A stretch of DNA of 64,000 bases. Origin: Phoronis australis. Lineage: Eukaryota; Animalia; Phoronida. This document shows positions 12,401 to 23,000 of this stretch, one piece after another; positions within the stretch are counted from its first letter, which is position 1; every line of letters starts with the position of its first letter. The stretch covers positions 728,696 through 792,695 of the forward strand of contig NMRA01000003.1 of assembly GCA_002633005.1 (NCBI GenBank), in the 5' to 3' direction. A program made the position numbers and the translations under genes. The notes beneath the pieces were generated by a model that saw only the letters and a list, made by a program, of their open reading frames with translations, was not told where the DNA came from and ran no database searches.

Positions 12401-14982
12401 GTACTCGTGCACTAACAACAGTTTTAAGTCAATCTGTGTGCAACAACTATCCAAGTTTTATATGAGCCTGGTTTTGTGACAGTAACGTTGTACACACGTA
12501 CATCAGAACTATGTCTAAGATATGAGTTATATTTCATTAATTCCTTTTTTGATGTAAACAATTTTAAAAGTTCCGTCACCATGGCACATTTGGAGCCAGG
12601 ATTTTGTAAATCTTTGATTAAAACTTCACCTTTAATTACTTCTGGTTTATTCTAGAATACAATAATGTCAAAAGCATTAGTAAAATCGCACAATTTCCTT
12701 GTTTTGATAACTGAGAAACCACTTACCAAGCTATGAAGTTATTTCTAAACGCCTCTGCTATACCAAGATGAGCTGCTATATGAGCAGTAGACCAGTCAAT
12801 ATGACACCGAATACAGTCACAGATCATCTGCAGTTTACCACAGTCATAGAATTTGGCTATGACACTGCTCAGTGGCAGCAAGTGGTAACTGAATTTATTG
12901 AACATGTCACGTGCCTCCGACACATCACGTATTCGGAATAAACTGAAAGAAGTAGAAAATGGTGTAAGACTGGGAAGTAAACACAACATCTGAAAAGTGG
13001 GTATAAACTGACCAAGTCCACGTGGAAATTAAGTTTGTCTTCTCGCATGTGACCAACAGGAAAGTAAGTAAGATGTTCGAAACATAATATTAACAATCTC
13101 ACGAAAATTACCTTTTTCAATTGTAATTTCTTGAGTCAAAACAAACATAACTCAAAAATGATTAGTGGAAAGAAATATAATCACCAACCTAGGGCTGAGT
13201 GCAGGGGGAAGGGAACGTGAAGTATTTTAACAGCCTAAATAAATGTAAAATGATCTGCTTTCGTAAAGCTTGTAGTAGTGAACAAACACAAGTGTAGAAG
13301 ACTATGTCATTAGATTATCTCACAATTACAACAACACTGGTGGTAAACAGTTCAAGAAAAACAATGCAGTTCAAATGAAACTTTCAAGTAAAACTCTAAG
13401 TTTGATGACTACCTGAAGTATTTCCTCGAATACTGCCGTTGATCGTACAATACCGCAGAATAAACAGAACCATCTTGGTACAAAGTGAAACACTGAGACT
13501 GATCTTGACACAAGACAAGGTACCTAGAACAAAGTGAAACACTGAGACTGATCTTGACACAAGACAAGATACCTAGAACAATGGTAATAGAATGATGTGA
13601 ACTTTATTGATCTTTTCAAGCTAAATACAGGAACAAGACTAGCATAGAATGGGTAACCTATCGTTGGGAATGACAATTTAAAACATACAATTCATGGGGA
13701 TGTTTAAACTTTTGCAAGACATAGCAACATCATGGTAGAATATTGCTTACAAAGTCGACTTCTCTTTATCAATGCTCTCACACAAAACCTCGGGCAACTA
13801 AACTTTACTAAAGGTTACCAAGGAACTAAACTTTACCAAAAGATACCCACTTTACAAATGGTAAGTTGATAGTAGAGCAAATCTCCATGTTCAGAATTAA
13901 CAAAATTTTTCAATATTTCATTTACGCTAATTTTTAAACTTTTTCCTTTTAATTTTCCATGTTACATAGAGTACACAAAACAACGTGAGGATGTCAATTA
14001 TGAGAAATCTTGGTTTGTTATTGCGTCATTCCAGAGAAACAATTGACATTACAAAGCTCAAAGCAAGTTGGTTAAATCAGATCTAGGTTGGAGCTCATCA
14101 CTTTTTGAAGAATTTTGAAGTATTGTATATTTTAGAGCTTCTGACAGCATGCTGAATATGCCTAAAGAGATACTATCCGCAAGAAAAGCTAGTTCCTGAG
14201 ACATGACGCCAGCACTCACTCAAATTTCACTGCATTACTTGATGGTATTAAAATCATTCTAATAAGTGGTAGTGTGCACATGTCAAGTCACCCCATTGTA
14301 TTGCTCAGCCAGGTTGGGACAAATCAATACAAAAACAACAGTTTGTACTGTGCAATATTTCTCTTATTCTGTTGTGGCTAACTGGTTTTTGCCATTCAAA
14401 CAACGAGTAAGTTCAAGTTTTCGAAGTCAACCAATCTCAGTTCCCTACTGCACAAAGAAAAGAAACCGGTCATAAAAGTCCACATTGTGGAAGGTGCGAA
14501 TTATAATCCCAACCAGTATGGATTCTTTGCTGCCAGTTGGGAAATGTGAGGTAGCCTCAGTGCTGATTCCAACCTGGAATCCTCGTGGTCGCAGTCATAA
14601 GTTCTCCTGGCAGAGTTAAACCCCACAAGCGTGTTTTAGTCACCGGCCTTGATTTCAGTGAATGTCTGCCAGACAGCAGTAAGAATTGGCAAATAAAAAT
14701 ACTAAGTAAAATGAATTTTGTTGTTTCATAGCTCAGGTCAAAATTAATAACTTACGTGATTCGACAAATCCATCCCAACGAACAATAATCCCCAAAAATG
14801 CATTTTCAGCTGTAAAACTGACAGCATCCTTAAGAGGGTAAGCAAAACCAGTGAAACCGCATCTATAGCTGTGTGTCTTACTTGTCCAGATCACATGGGT
14901 CTCCATCTTTCACATCGTAAGGTGAACCACCACTCGTGGCGCTAACAACGCGTTGCACAAGGTTTCTGACGAAGGCAGCCAT
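366..14982 (-). CDS. PLA2G6: 85/88 kDa calcium-independent phospholipase A2 beta (iPLA2-beta), 5' part; patatin domain continues beyond the window start
   Basis: Ten GT-AG exons join in phase: 14982-14882, 13523-13413, 12942-12727, 10811-10631, 10068-9881, 7232-7136, 6171-5986, 3734-3619, 1633-1482, 487-366 (1470 nt, 490 aa). Motifs recalled from human iPLA2b align: WSTAHIAAHLG (WSVAHLAVELG), GTPMHWVK (GASPLHWAK), GNTPLHLA, LVRTLVVFGADVN (MIKALIVFGAEVD). The last exon ends ...GHR, where the patatin GGGxxG motif is expected next. Confidence 0.93.
1482..1633 (-). CDS. PLA2G6: PLA2G6 coding exon 9 (Cys-rich segment)
   Basis: Acceptor ttccag, donor GTATGT; reads DIHVYTLCMTGALRCPKQMTGCSKGCKAGGTFNG; phase 2 to 1. 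Confidence 0.85.
3619..3734 (-). CDS. PLA2G6: PLA2G6 coding exon 8 (ankyrin)
   Basis: TDDIDLVRTLVVFGADVNKPNNAGITPRHMA; GT-AG; phase 0 to 2. Confidence 0.92.
4268..5784 (-). mobile_element. Non-autonomous Helentron-associated element (HINE/DINE-1-like) with internal tandem repeat array
   Basis: Subterminal inverted repeat ATGCGCCCAC (4293-4302) / GTGGGCGCAT (5770-5779); terminal palindrome tgcgtccacatat-aaatatgtgggcgca; (GGAC)n microsatellite at about 5700-5735; AACAAGAG end; T/A-run insertion site; about 150-bp monomers in a 450-bp higher-order repeat (about 4650-5600). Confidence 0.8.
5986..6171 (-). CDS. PLA2G6: PLA2G6 coding exon 7 (ankyrin)
   Basis: AVELLVSYGCPVN...ESPLHVVI...GNTPLHLALQ; donor CAG|GTGAG. 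Confidence 0.93.
7136..7232 (-). CDS. PLA2G6: PLA2G6 coding exon 6
   Basis: CAQALCKYRAQLALAQDDKFIGTPMHWVKSRE; donor GAG|GTAAG. Confidence 0.9.
7250..9204. mobile_element. Kolobok-like non-autonomous DNA transposon
   Basis: TTAA on both sides (7246-7249, 9205-9208); 15-bp TIR GGTAGGTGGATACAC / GTGTATACACCTACC (14/15 match); no transposase ORF recognised. Confidence 0.8.
9881..10068 (-). CDS. PLA2G6: PLA2G6 coding exon 5 (ankyrin)
   Basis: LLACKNQQAINLPNGEGESPLHTAA...RFPIHCALKMNNL; GT-AG; phase 0 to 2. Confidence 0.92.
10631..10811 (-). CDS. PLA2G6: PLA2G6 coding exon 4 (ankyrin)
   Basis: LTPLHVAIAAN...TDSQGSTVFHVAA; donor AGA|GTGAG. Confidence 0.93.
11420..11890. repeat. Interspersed repeat, copy 1 (related copy at about 48080-48590)
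   Basis: Shared segment aaaatggcagcctggaa...caagaatgctgcgttctgactggtcagttaagccgtcactcaaaatcctggcgacaggtca; boundaries approximate. Confidence 0.65.
12727..12942 (-). CDS. PLA2G6: PLA2G6 coding exon 3
   Basis: LFRIRDVSEARDMF...CDCIRCHIDWSTAHIAAHLGIAEAF; donor TG|GTAAGT. Confidence 0.92.
13413..13523 (-). CDS. PLA2G6: PLA2G6 coding exon 2 (proximal of two duplicated acceptors)
   Basis: YLVLCQDQSQCFTLYQDGSVYSAVLYDQRQYSRKYFS; phase 2 to 2. Confidence 0.82.
13480..13581. repeat. 49-bp tandem duplication spanning a PLA2G6 splice acceptor
   Basis: acaaagtgaaacactgagactgatcttgacacaagacaag[g/a]tacctaga occurs twice in tandem with 1 mismatch. Confidence 0.95.
14882..14982 (-). CDS. PLA2G6: PLA2G6 first coding exon
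   Basis: Acceptor tcttcag 8 nt before the ATG; MAAFVRNLVQRVVSATSGGSPYDVKDGDPCDLDK resembles the iPLA2b N-terminus (NPFRVKEV); donor AA|GTAAG, phase 2. Confidence 0.85.
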
Positions 14983-16855
14983 ACTTCACCCTGAAGATTA
15001 AATCTATGAATCAGTAAAAAACGGTCAACTGGGTGACCTGCAGCCCACGAATGCGACTTCAGATTGTGTCTGGCAACCTGGGAAAATCCCAAGTCATCAT
15101 AAAGTCACCACAGCGAGTAGAAAAGTCAGATAATCATTCACCCGGAATTCGCTTGAAAATTTGTGGTAACATGCAAACATTAAATTGATAACATTTTTCC
15201 AGGATCCCTATTTCCTTGGAAATTTGTTTGGATTTGGATTTGTATTTCATATGGACAGAAGTCTCCTACCTTTGTGTAAAATATACAGTGTACTGTTGAG
15301 GATTAGAGGACTCATACGCTTTAGGCAACACATTGTCCAAGTTATCGTGAAATGGAGGGGAGATGTTCCTGCTTGGGAATTGCTTAACTGTTTTACTTTA
15401 TGATTGATAAAATAAAAGCCACTAAACCACGTGACAGGAAATAATGATATGTTTGTAACAGATCAAAAACAATAAAAAAGCAAACTACAATTAGTTGCCT
15501 TTCAACGATGGTCATAAATATGCAAATTATGACGGGAAACACATACTTTTCACATGCAGCCAAGTAATTTGTCTAGGTGATAGGATTGGGTTCAACTTAA
15601 TCATGAATGAGAAGGCTCGAAGAAAAAAAATCAAAAGTTATTGATAGGTGAGTCCAATTTCCTTTAGACAGCTGAGCTGGGTATGACTGAATGTCAGAAC
15701 ACAGCCAGGAATCTATGTGGGTAAAAAATGGCAAAAGAAGCAAATGTAACAATCTGACTGTGAAGAAGTTTTTTTGCAGCTCCAACAGTCAAATGACAAC
15801 CACTTTATCCGTTTAAACACAATCAAATGAACAAAGCTTAATTGACTTACTCTAACATTTTTTTAACGAAGGAAAGTGAGATATCAATTTCAAAGCAGCA
15901 TGTTTGTGATACATGCATGCGCTATAAGCTTGATTTGTGAGTTTCGTAAAGTAGCTGGTAGCAACTTTGTAGAAACAAACTATACTCAGAATTTTGTTTG
16001 CTGGTAATAAAACAGACAAAACTAGTCACGAATTACAACTTCTGACAATTTCTTAGGTCCTGTGTACATACCGGGGTAGTTGAGAAAAAGAAGTCAAGTG
16101 GATTAAAGTAGTGTTTAAAAAAAGCAATCGGCCAACAGATGGTGCTCTATTTCATAGCACCAAAAGTTAACTGATATGACCGATTCAAACATTTAACTGC
16201 AGAGTAACAGACTAATGGCACTGTTTTAGTGCCACAAAAGTTTCATTTAGGAGGAGTGTATATTTTAATACTTTTGTCAAATTTCATCTTGCCAATTTTT
16301 AAAGGCACCATTCCAAAGCTGCATACACATTATAATTTGTGCTTATTCAGTTTTGAACCAAGGCTAGATTTCTTTGGGCATTGTGCTCTTCAGCATATTT
16401 CTTGTTAAAAGTTATACCCAACTTCTGGAGATAAGTTTCAGGGTAACACATCACTTTTTCAAGTAAGACATCTAAACCGAACTGAAGTGATGAGAACCAG
16501 TCCTTCCACTGAATAATGGGCACTATTCAATGGAAGTAACTGGTCCTAAGCAATGACTTCCTGTTATTTTAGATGCCTAAGGTGCAGGATAACCACTTTC
16601 AGTTGCGAAGTTACCCACGAAGATTATCAATCCACCGCCTGCAGTGTTACCCAGTAGTATTGGTTGGTAGACCAACTACCTGACTATGCACACTTGTGAT
16701 GTGATCCACCAGCAAATGAACAGCCACACAAACTGCACAGAAGTGTACAGTCATCAGGTGATGTGATGTACATTGCACAAATGGACAACAAGCCTCAGTC
16801 TCTAAATCGCTTGCCAACGGGCACTTGCCTATGTAATAACTGCCGATATCATTTG

Positions 16856-17527
16856 ACCTGAGAACCAAACCAATGACCCCTACAAAACCCCCAAGTATGC
16901 TAACCATTCACTTAGAGAATGGCTAACAGAGGCTTAGACAATTCACCAGAAACATGTCTACAACATTCCCTCCTTTCTTATAGAGCAAGCGCACCTCCTG
17001 GCTGCAGATCTCAGCAACACTCTAGCATCCTAGAATTTGCCCTTAGCGACATTATCCTTGTGTTTGGGATACACACTATGCACCCTGTCCAAATCATTCA
17101 TTTGCCAACCACGCCAATTGTAGAAATTACCGAGATCACCCTATCTGGAAATAGAACCACTGAGTGTCTCCCATAAAACTGGCAAGCATGCTAACCATTT
17201 TCAAAAGATAGGCAATTGCCTATTAGTGAGTGGCTAACAGAGGCTCATATGATTCACCAGAACCACGTCTACAACACCTATAGCTGACTGGATTTCAGCG
17301 GCCCGGGTTCAGTGAACATGCGGATTGTTTACAATGGTGTTGATCTAAGGTGGAACCCATGACAGAAGATGTACACTCTCAAGTCTCAAGAGGTGGTAAT
17401 GTTGTAGATGTGCTTCCGGTAAATCACATGAGATTCTGTTAGCAATTGCCTATCATCTGAATGGTTAGCACGCTCGCCAGTTTTATGGGGGTCGGAGGTT
17501 TGATTCCCGGGTCGGGTAATCTCGGCT
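16856..17527. repeat. Three related tRNA/SINE-like units, two direct and one inverted
   Basis: atgctaaccatt...ggctaacagaggct...ttcaccaga...gtctacaaca at about 16856-16965 and 17130-17276; reverse-complement copy at about 17400-17527 with A/B-box-like tggttagc and ggtttgattccc. Confidence 0.55.
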
Positions 17528-18162
17528 ACTACAGTATTCTACCCTCAGTCTCGGGTGTGACATGTAGCCTCTCCAAATGGTTTTCCAACAAGTAAATGCC
17601 TATTGCCAGTATAGACAGAGGTCGTGTAACTCCGGAACTTAGTTTACAAAACAGCCACAGGCTTCGCATACCGGTAGTCAGCCATTACTATAATGTCAGA
17701 AACGAAAACAGAACAGCTGTTCACCATGTTAGTGAGCTATTCAAACTCGTATTCCTGGATTATATAAGGCCTGTGTTTTATTAAAAATGTGATGTGACAT
17801 GAATTTGTTGTTTGTTATTATTCTAATTAAGGTTTTAATTATTTCAAATGGGTCTTTGCCAGTGTTGCATGTAGTTGTACTGATTTGTTTACTTTCTGTA
17901 GAGGCTTAGCCCTATTAGAGCACAATGACTAATAACTGTGTCCCCTGGAATCTATCTACACATGTTATAAACAGGATGCTACAGTGTTCACATAAACATC
18001 CCAGAGCCAAATAACCATTCCTTAATATGGCAACACTGTGAGGAATTTCTTATGATTTCCCTCAGTTCTTAACATTGCTTTCGTGAGTCACTTCGTTCAG
18101 TTGCACAACAACATAATTTCTGACATCCTGGTGATACCTACATCAAGCAGTCCATTGAAAAA

Positions 18163-18570
18163 ATGGCATCTACAACATTGGAATTTAAGGGCATTTCATC
18201 ATGGAAAGACTATATTCCTGAGTGGCCAAATGTTATGTATGGTGACATTTACAATTATTTGGTAGAATCAAAAGCAGTTGATGGACAGTCGATGAAAAAC
18301 TTTAAAAGCCTAGAATCATTCAATTACTCCCAGAGTGGATGCGCTGATAAGATTTTACACCGTAATTTGGACAAGGACACCGTGGTTATCAAGTGAAATG
18401 TCAGACCATCTCAGAACATCAATAATGAGTGGAACTCAGTCTGCATAAAAGCATTGAATAGTGGTGAAATATTGTCTGGCACTTGCAAATCTATGGCCGG
18501 ATTAGGAAAGACATGCAGTCACATTGGTGCTGACTTGTGGAAAATTGAACACTCTGTTAGAATGGGGTTT
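18163..18570 (+). pseudogene. Disrupted SWIM zinc-finger / YqaJ-exonuclease-associated transposon ORF (N-terminal remnant)
   Basis: WPNVMYGDIYNYLV...MKNFKSLESFNY...*NVRPSQ...SGTCKSMAGLGKTCSHIGA (degenerate CxCxnCxH SWIM motif); in-frame stop at 18394-18396; truncated. Confidence 0.75.
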
Positions 18571-19030
18571 CCGAATTGTCCGCAGTATCAGGCAGTGTCT
18601 CACTGGTCTCAGATGCAACATGTTCGACCGTGTGGGTGTTTTTAGATACGTGTGCATCATCATCTTCACCAGTAGTAGCTGATTTTGTGAGCTTCAAAAC
18701 TTTCCTGCGACCAGGTTTTACCTTTCTGGCATATCCCATGTTTAGCTGAAGCACTGGATTTCTTTCTGTTGGCTCACCATCCACAAAATGAATGGAACAA
18801 ACAAAGACATTTTTTGGTAATCTGTCTCTGTTAATGGACTTTTGCCACAGTAGTCTCAATTCACTGTTGTGTTTACCTGATGGCATTCTGTGTAACTTGT
18901 AAGGTTTTAAACATGGACAGTCTTTGTGCATTTGACCATGGTGTTCATCACAAATTTCTGTCTCCCAACGTTTCAATTTCACCCAGTTGTTGTGACAGCC
19001 TGTTACAGCACAGTTACTACCACTGGGCAT
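18557..19030 (-). CDS. THAP-domain protein (transposon-derived), 157 aa
   Basis: MPSGSNCAVTGC...LHRMP...LLWQKSINR...VCSIHF...NPVLQL: C2CH THAP signature with conserved P, W and F; no DDE domain follows. Confidence 0.75.
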   Translation of the reverse strand: MPSGSNCAVTGCHNNWVKLKRWETEICDEHHGQMHKDCPCLKPYKLHRMPSGKHNSELRLLWQKSINRDRLPKNVFVCSIHFVDGEPTERNPVLQLNMGYARKVKPGRRKVLKLTKSATTGEDDDAHVSKNTHTVEHVASETSETLPDTADNSETPF

Positions 19031-19495
19031 TTTAAACAATTTTTAGTGGAGGTGAAAGTTGAACAGCTCTATTTGTATACTTGTAAACACTTCTGAAAAG
19101 ATTCAAACAAAAATTTCAAACCTCCTTGAAATATGGTATATTATCAGTTAGACGGTAATGTTTTATTTTTCTATATATCAGTCCAACAATTTTAACTTTA
19201 TTATTGACATTTATGTAATTGTATACATCTAGTAATTTACAAATATTTCTTCTGTCAAATGTATTGCATGAAAAAAATCAACATTTACCAGGAATATCAA
19301 TGATTTCAAATCTGCTGATCTTCTTCCAAATAAACAACACAAGCAGACACAGCAGCTGGGATGGTTTGCTTTACAGACAGACTACTCACTCCAGTGTTTA
19401 TCTGACATGCCATGTCAGTGACATGGCATTAATGGCGTGACCTCAATATGGCGCTCCCCAGGCATTCGGCAATTTCCGTAATGGAATCTGTCTAT

Positions 19496-19836
19496 TGGTT
19501 GACAGGCTTGGACGTTTGTCGGACTGTCCCGCACGCTGGTCAGTCCGAATTCAATTTCTCGCAGGCGGCAACTCGACTTGGGCAGTGTCAGCGAGCATTT
19601 TGTCGTTTTTCTATCGGGGATTAAGTAAAAGTGATCATTTTGTAAAAGAAATGTGGTGAATCTGAAAAAAATGAGATGTAAAGAAGATATGAACCGAAAT
19701 TTACACACAACTTACTTCCAATTCTCTTTCTACCGGATGTTGTTGACAATACTCGTTCCCGAAATAAAATACTTACGACTATCACGATCAGCACCAGGTG
19801 GCAATAGTAACATCCTGTAATAATATACATGGAGAC
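19496..19836. promoter_or_regulatory. Probable bidirectional promoter region PLA2G6 / DTWD1
   Basis: Genes are divergent; minus-strand GTAAGT donors at about 19715 and 19776 could end a PLA2G6 5'UTR exon; DTWD1 ATG at 19837. Confidence 0.45.
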
Positions 19837-20001
19837 ATGGATGAGAATCCTTTTCCAGATCTGAAGATATCTTCGCCAGACTTCTTAAATACCCTAGATG
19901 GTAGATCTAGTTGTCCAAAGTGTGGCAAATCCAGGAAATATTACTGCTATACCTGCTATGTGCCCGTTAACGAGGTCAAAGACAAGGTGCCTTATGTGCA
20001 G
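19837..20001 (+). CDS. DTWD1: DTWD1 coding exon 1
   Basis: [12 protein letters not shown]...[15 protein letters not shown]...VQ; donor CAG|GTAAAC. Confidence 0.92.
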
Positions 20002-23000
20002 GTAAACAGTTACAATTGTTTAATTTTTAGATGGTTCACCTGGAGAGCAATGTGTTGTTAATTGTGCCTTTCTAAACAAAACTGTTGTGTAAAAATGTGG
20101 CCTTCTGATTTCATGTAGTCATGGTGTGATTCCTCTTGCTGAAGAACTGTCAATTAGCCTTAAACTTGTATTACTGAATGTACTGATTTTAAACTTTTAC
20201 ATTCAACATTTCAACTGTCTGACCTGGGTAGATCGTTCAGTAATGAAGACCTTCAGGTCGCCAGTACAGCCTCAGATTTTCTTTGGCGACCTGGTAAAAA
20301 TCCCAAGTCATCACGAAGTCGTCATACACAAATCTGAGCACACTCCCAAAATACTACAGGATATAAACGACACGGAGTCAGAATTGTGTGGCAAGAAGTC
20401 ATGTCTTGGTTGGATGCTTCTTCATTTTTGCTTTAGGCATGAAATGTGTGCACTGTTGGACCCAAGTTGGATAACTGCACATTTGCTAGCTCACAATGGA
20501 GGCCTAATTTTCCATTAAACCAAAAAAGCCTGCCTGGCATATCACATGATTTGCCAAGTTCATTGGTTCTTCAATTAAGATATCCTGAGTTTACCATTTT
20601 CCCCTACTGCCATCTGTGGGTCAAGTGTGTGGGCCAGGACCATTGCACTACCACATACGTCATATTCCTTGTTTTGGTGACCTGATTTCCCATTTGCCGG
20701 CCTAGGTCGCTTTTGGTATTAAGTTAACGTTGTGCTATTTTGTCAAGCCCTGATGCCACTTACTGGGGTTTGTTTTTTTTGAAAATCAGCGACAAATTAT
20801 TCAAAAAACATAACTAGGTCACTTTTTATTGAGTGATAAGATTTGGAACAGATTGCAAGGTTGGTAATGATAGGTGAAGTCTGTTTGGGAATTTCAAATC
20901 TTCAGTTTCACACGTCCTTGGCATCATCCAGATTTTGATGTCGTTTTATCTTGCAAAAATATGATGTCCACAGTTAATAGAGTGTGTTGATGTTCTCTTC
21001 TAAGATGTTGTGTTTGTTTGCTTCAGCTCCCCATAAAGATTGACATCATCAAACATCCGAAAGAGGTAGATGGTAAAAGCACGGCTGTCCATGCAGGGGT
21101 CCTAGCCCCTGACCAGGTCAACATCTATTCATACCCGTGTATACCTGACTATGATAAAACAAAGGTAGGTTGGTGCACAGTGGCTCACGCAGGGTCCTGG
21201 ACTCTAACATAGGCAGATCCAGATGGGGTCCAAAGTGTCTAGGTGCTTTAGGTCATTGTGAAAATGTCGTGACTTTCAAACTAAGCTTTGAATCTGCTGA
21301 TGTTTAACGGTAATATAAAGTATGCCATTCTTTCGCGGATGTCCTCAAGACCTCTCATACACTCCTAAAATTACAATAAAATGCCTCACATGCAAGTTAC
21401 AGACTGTAGATGAAACATTAGTGATTGAACCAAAGTGTCTTGTAAGTAGCCAGTAATTGATTTGCAGCAGTGTTGCAATCCAGCTATGTGTCAGGTGTCA
21501 AAGGTGAATTGCTCACTTGGTTGTTAAGGAGCATGCCACCCAAAAAACAACCTAATTTGTATCAATTTAGATCGAGTAGTTCTACTCCATAACGACACTT
21601 ACGGTTGCGTTACCTGACACCTGAAGGCAGACGGAGGAGTTGAAATTATCCAATGACGTCATCGATTTCACATGCAGTCTGTTCAGCAGTTCACAACACG
21701 GGTTACTGGTGTCGGCTTATCGCTTGAAGTCATCGTTTAACGCCAATAAGTCATCAAATTTCGATGTAAAACCCTTAAAAATACACTGATTTCTTTTCTT
21801 GTTTTATTTCGCTGTTACGGATTTAATGGTATTTGGGCACACCGTAGCCTACAAAGTTCGACAGGCCAATAAGGTCAGTAGCAGGAGTTTGGGGTCTGTT
21901 CGGAGATAATTTCGAAGTATTTTCCATGAGATAAAGACAGGAGAACCAAGATCTATTTTATTTAGACTTGTGATTTTTTGAGTTCTAAACACAAAACGCT
22001 TGTTATCCTGGCCAGTGGCTCGGAGCCCGATCAGACCCATCGTGGCCAGCTGGATTGACTCATTGTCCCGGCCAGTGGCTCGGAAACTGATCATACATCA
22101 CGAACATAAACCAGCCAAAGTTCAGTGGAAACTAAACTTCCAGTCAAGAAAATACTATACTAGTGAGCCAAAGTAATGTGCACCTGATTATGTTGGTGAA
22201 TTAGCCATGAAACTGCAAATCTACTTACTNNNNNNNNNNNNNNNNNNNNNNNNNNNNNNNNNNNNNNNNNNNNNNNNNNNNNNNNNNNNNNNNNNNNNNN
22301 NNNNNNNNNNNNNNNNNNNNNNNNNNNNNNNNNNNNNNNNNNNNNNNNNNNNNNNNNNNNNNNNNNNNNNNNNNNNNNNNNNNNNNNNNNNNNNNNNNNN
22401 NNNNNNNNNNNNNNNNNNNNNNNNNNNNNNNNNNNNNNNNNNNNNNNNNNNNNNNNNNNNNNNNNNNNNNNNNNNNNNNNNNNNNNNNNNNNNNNNNNNN
22501 NNNNNNNNNNNNNNNNNNNNNNNNNNNNNNNNNNNNNNNNNNNNNNNNNNNNNNNNNNNNNNNNNNNNNNNNNNNNNNNNNNNNNNNNNNNNNNNNNNNN
22601 NNNNNNNNNNNNNNNNNNNNNNNNNNNNNNNNNNNNNNNNNNNNNNNNNNNNNNNNNNNNNNNNNNNNNNNNNNNNNNNNNNNNNNNNNNNNNNNNNNNN
22701 NNNNNNNNNNNNNNNNNNNNNNNNNNNNNNNNNNNNNNNNNNNNNNNNNNNNNNNNNNNNNNNNNNNNNNNNNNNNNNNNNNNNNNNNNNNNNNNNNNNN
22801 NNNNNNNNNNNNNNNNNNNNNNNNNNNNNNNNNNNNNNNNNNNNNNNNNNNNNNNNNNNNNNNNNNNNNNNNNNNNNNNNNNNNNNNNNNNNNNNNNNNN
22901 NNNNNNNNNNNNNNNNNNNNNNNNNNNNNNNNNNNNNNNNNNNNNNNNNNNNNNNNNNNNNNNNNNNNNNNNNNNNNNNNNNNNNNNNNNNNNNNNNNNN

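Larger units (their letters stand above)
17611..19495. mobile_element. Internally deleted ISL2EU-like (PIF/Harbinger-related) DNA transposon
   Basis: Convergent THAP ORF (minus) and SWIM/YqaJ-type N-terminal remnant (plus); short terminal inverted match ATAGACAGA / TCTGTCTAT consistent with an AT target duplication; ends are tentative. Confidence 0.65.

Noticed and set aside
17672-17727. Possible PLA2G6 first coding exon (MVNSCSVF...MADYR, phase 2)
   Set aside because: 14982-14882 fits the iPLA2b N-terminus better and has stronger splice sites; this segment lies inside the putative transposon
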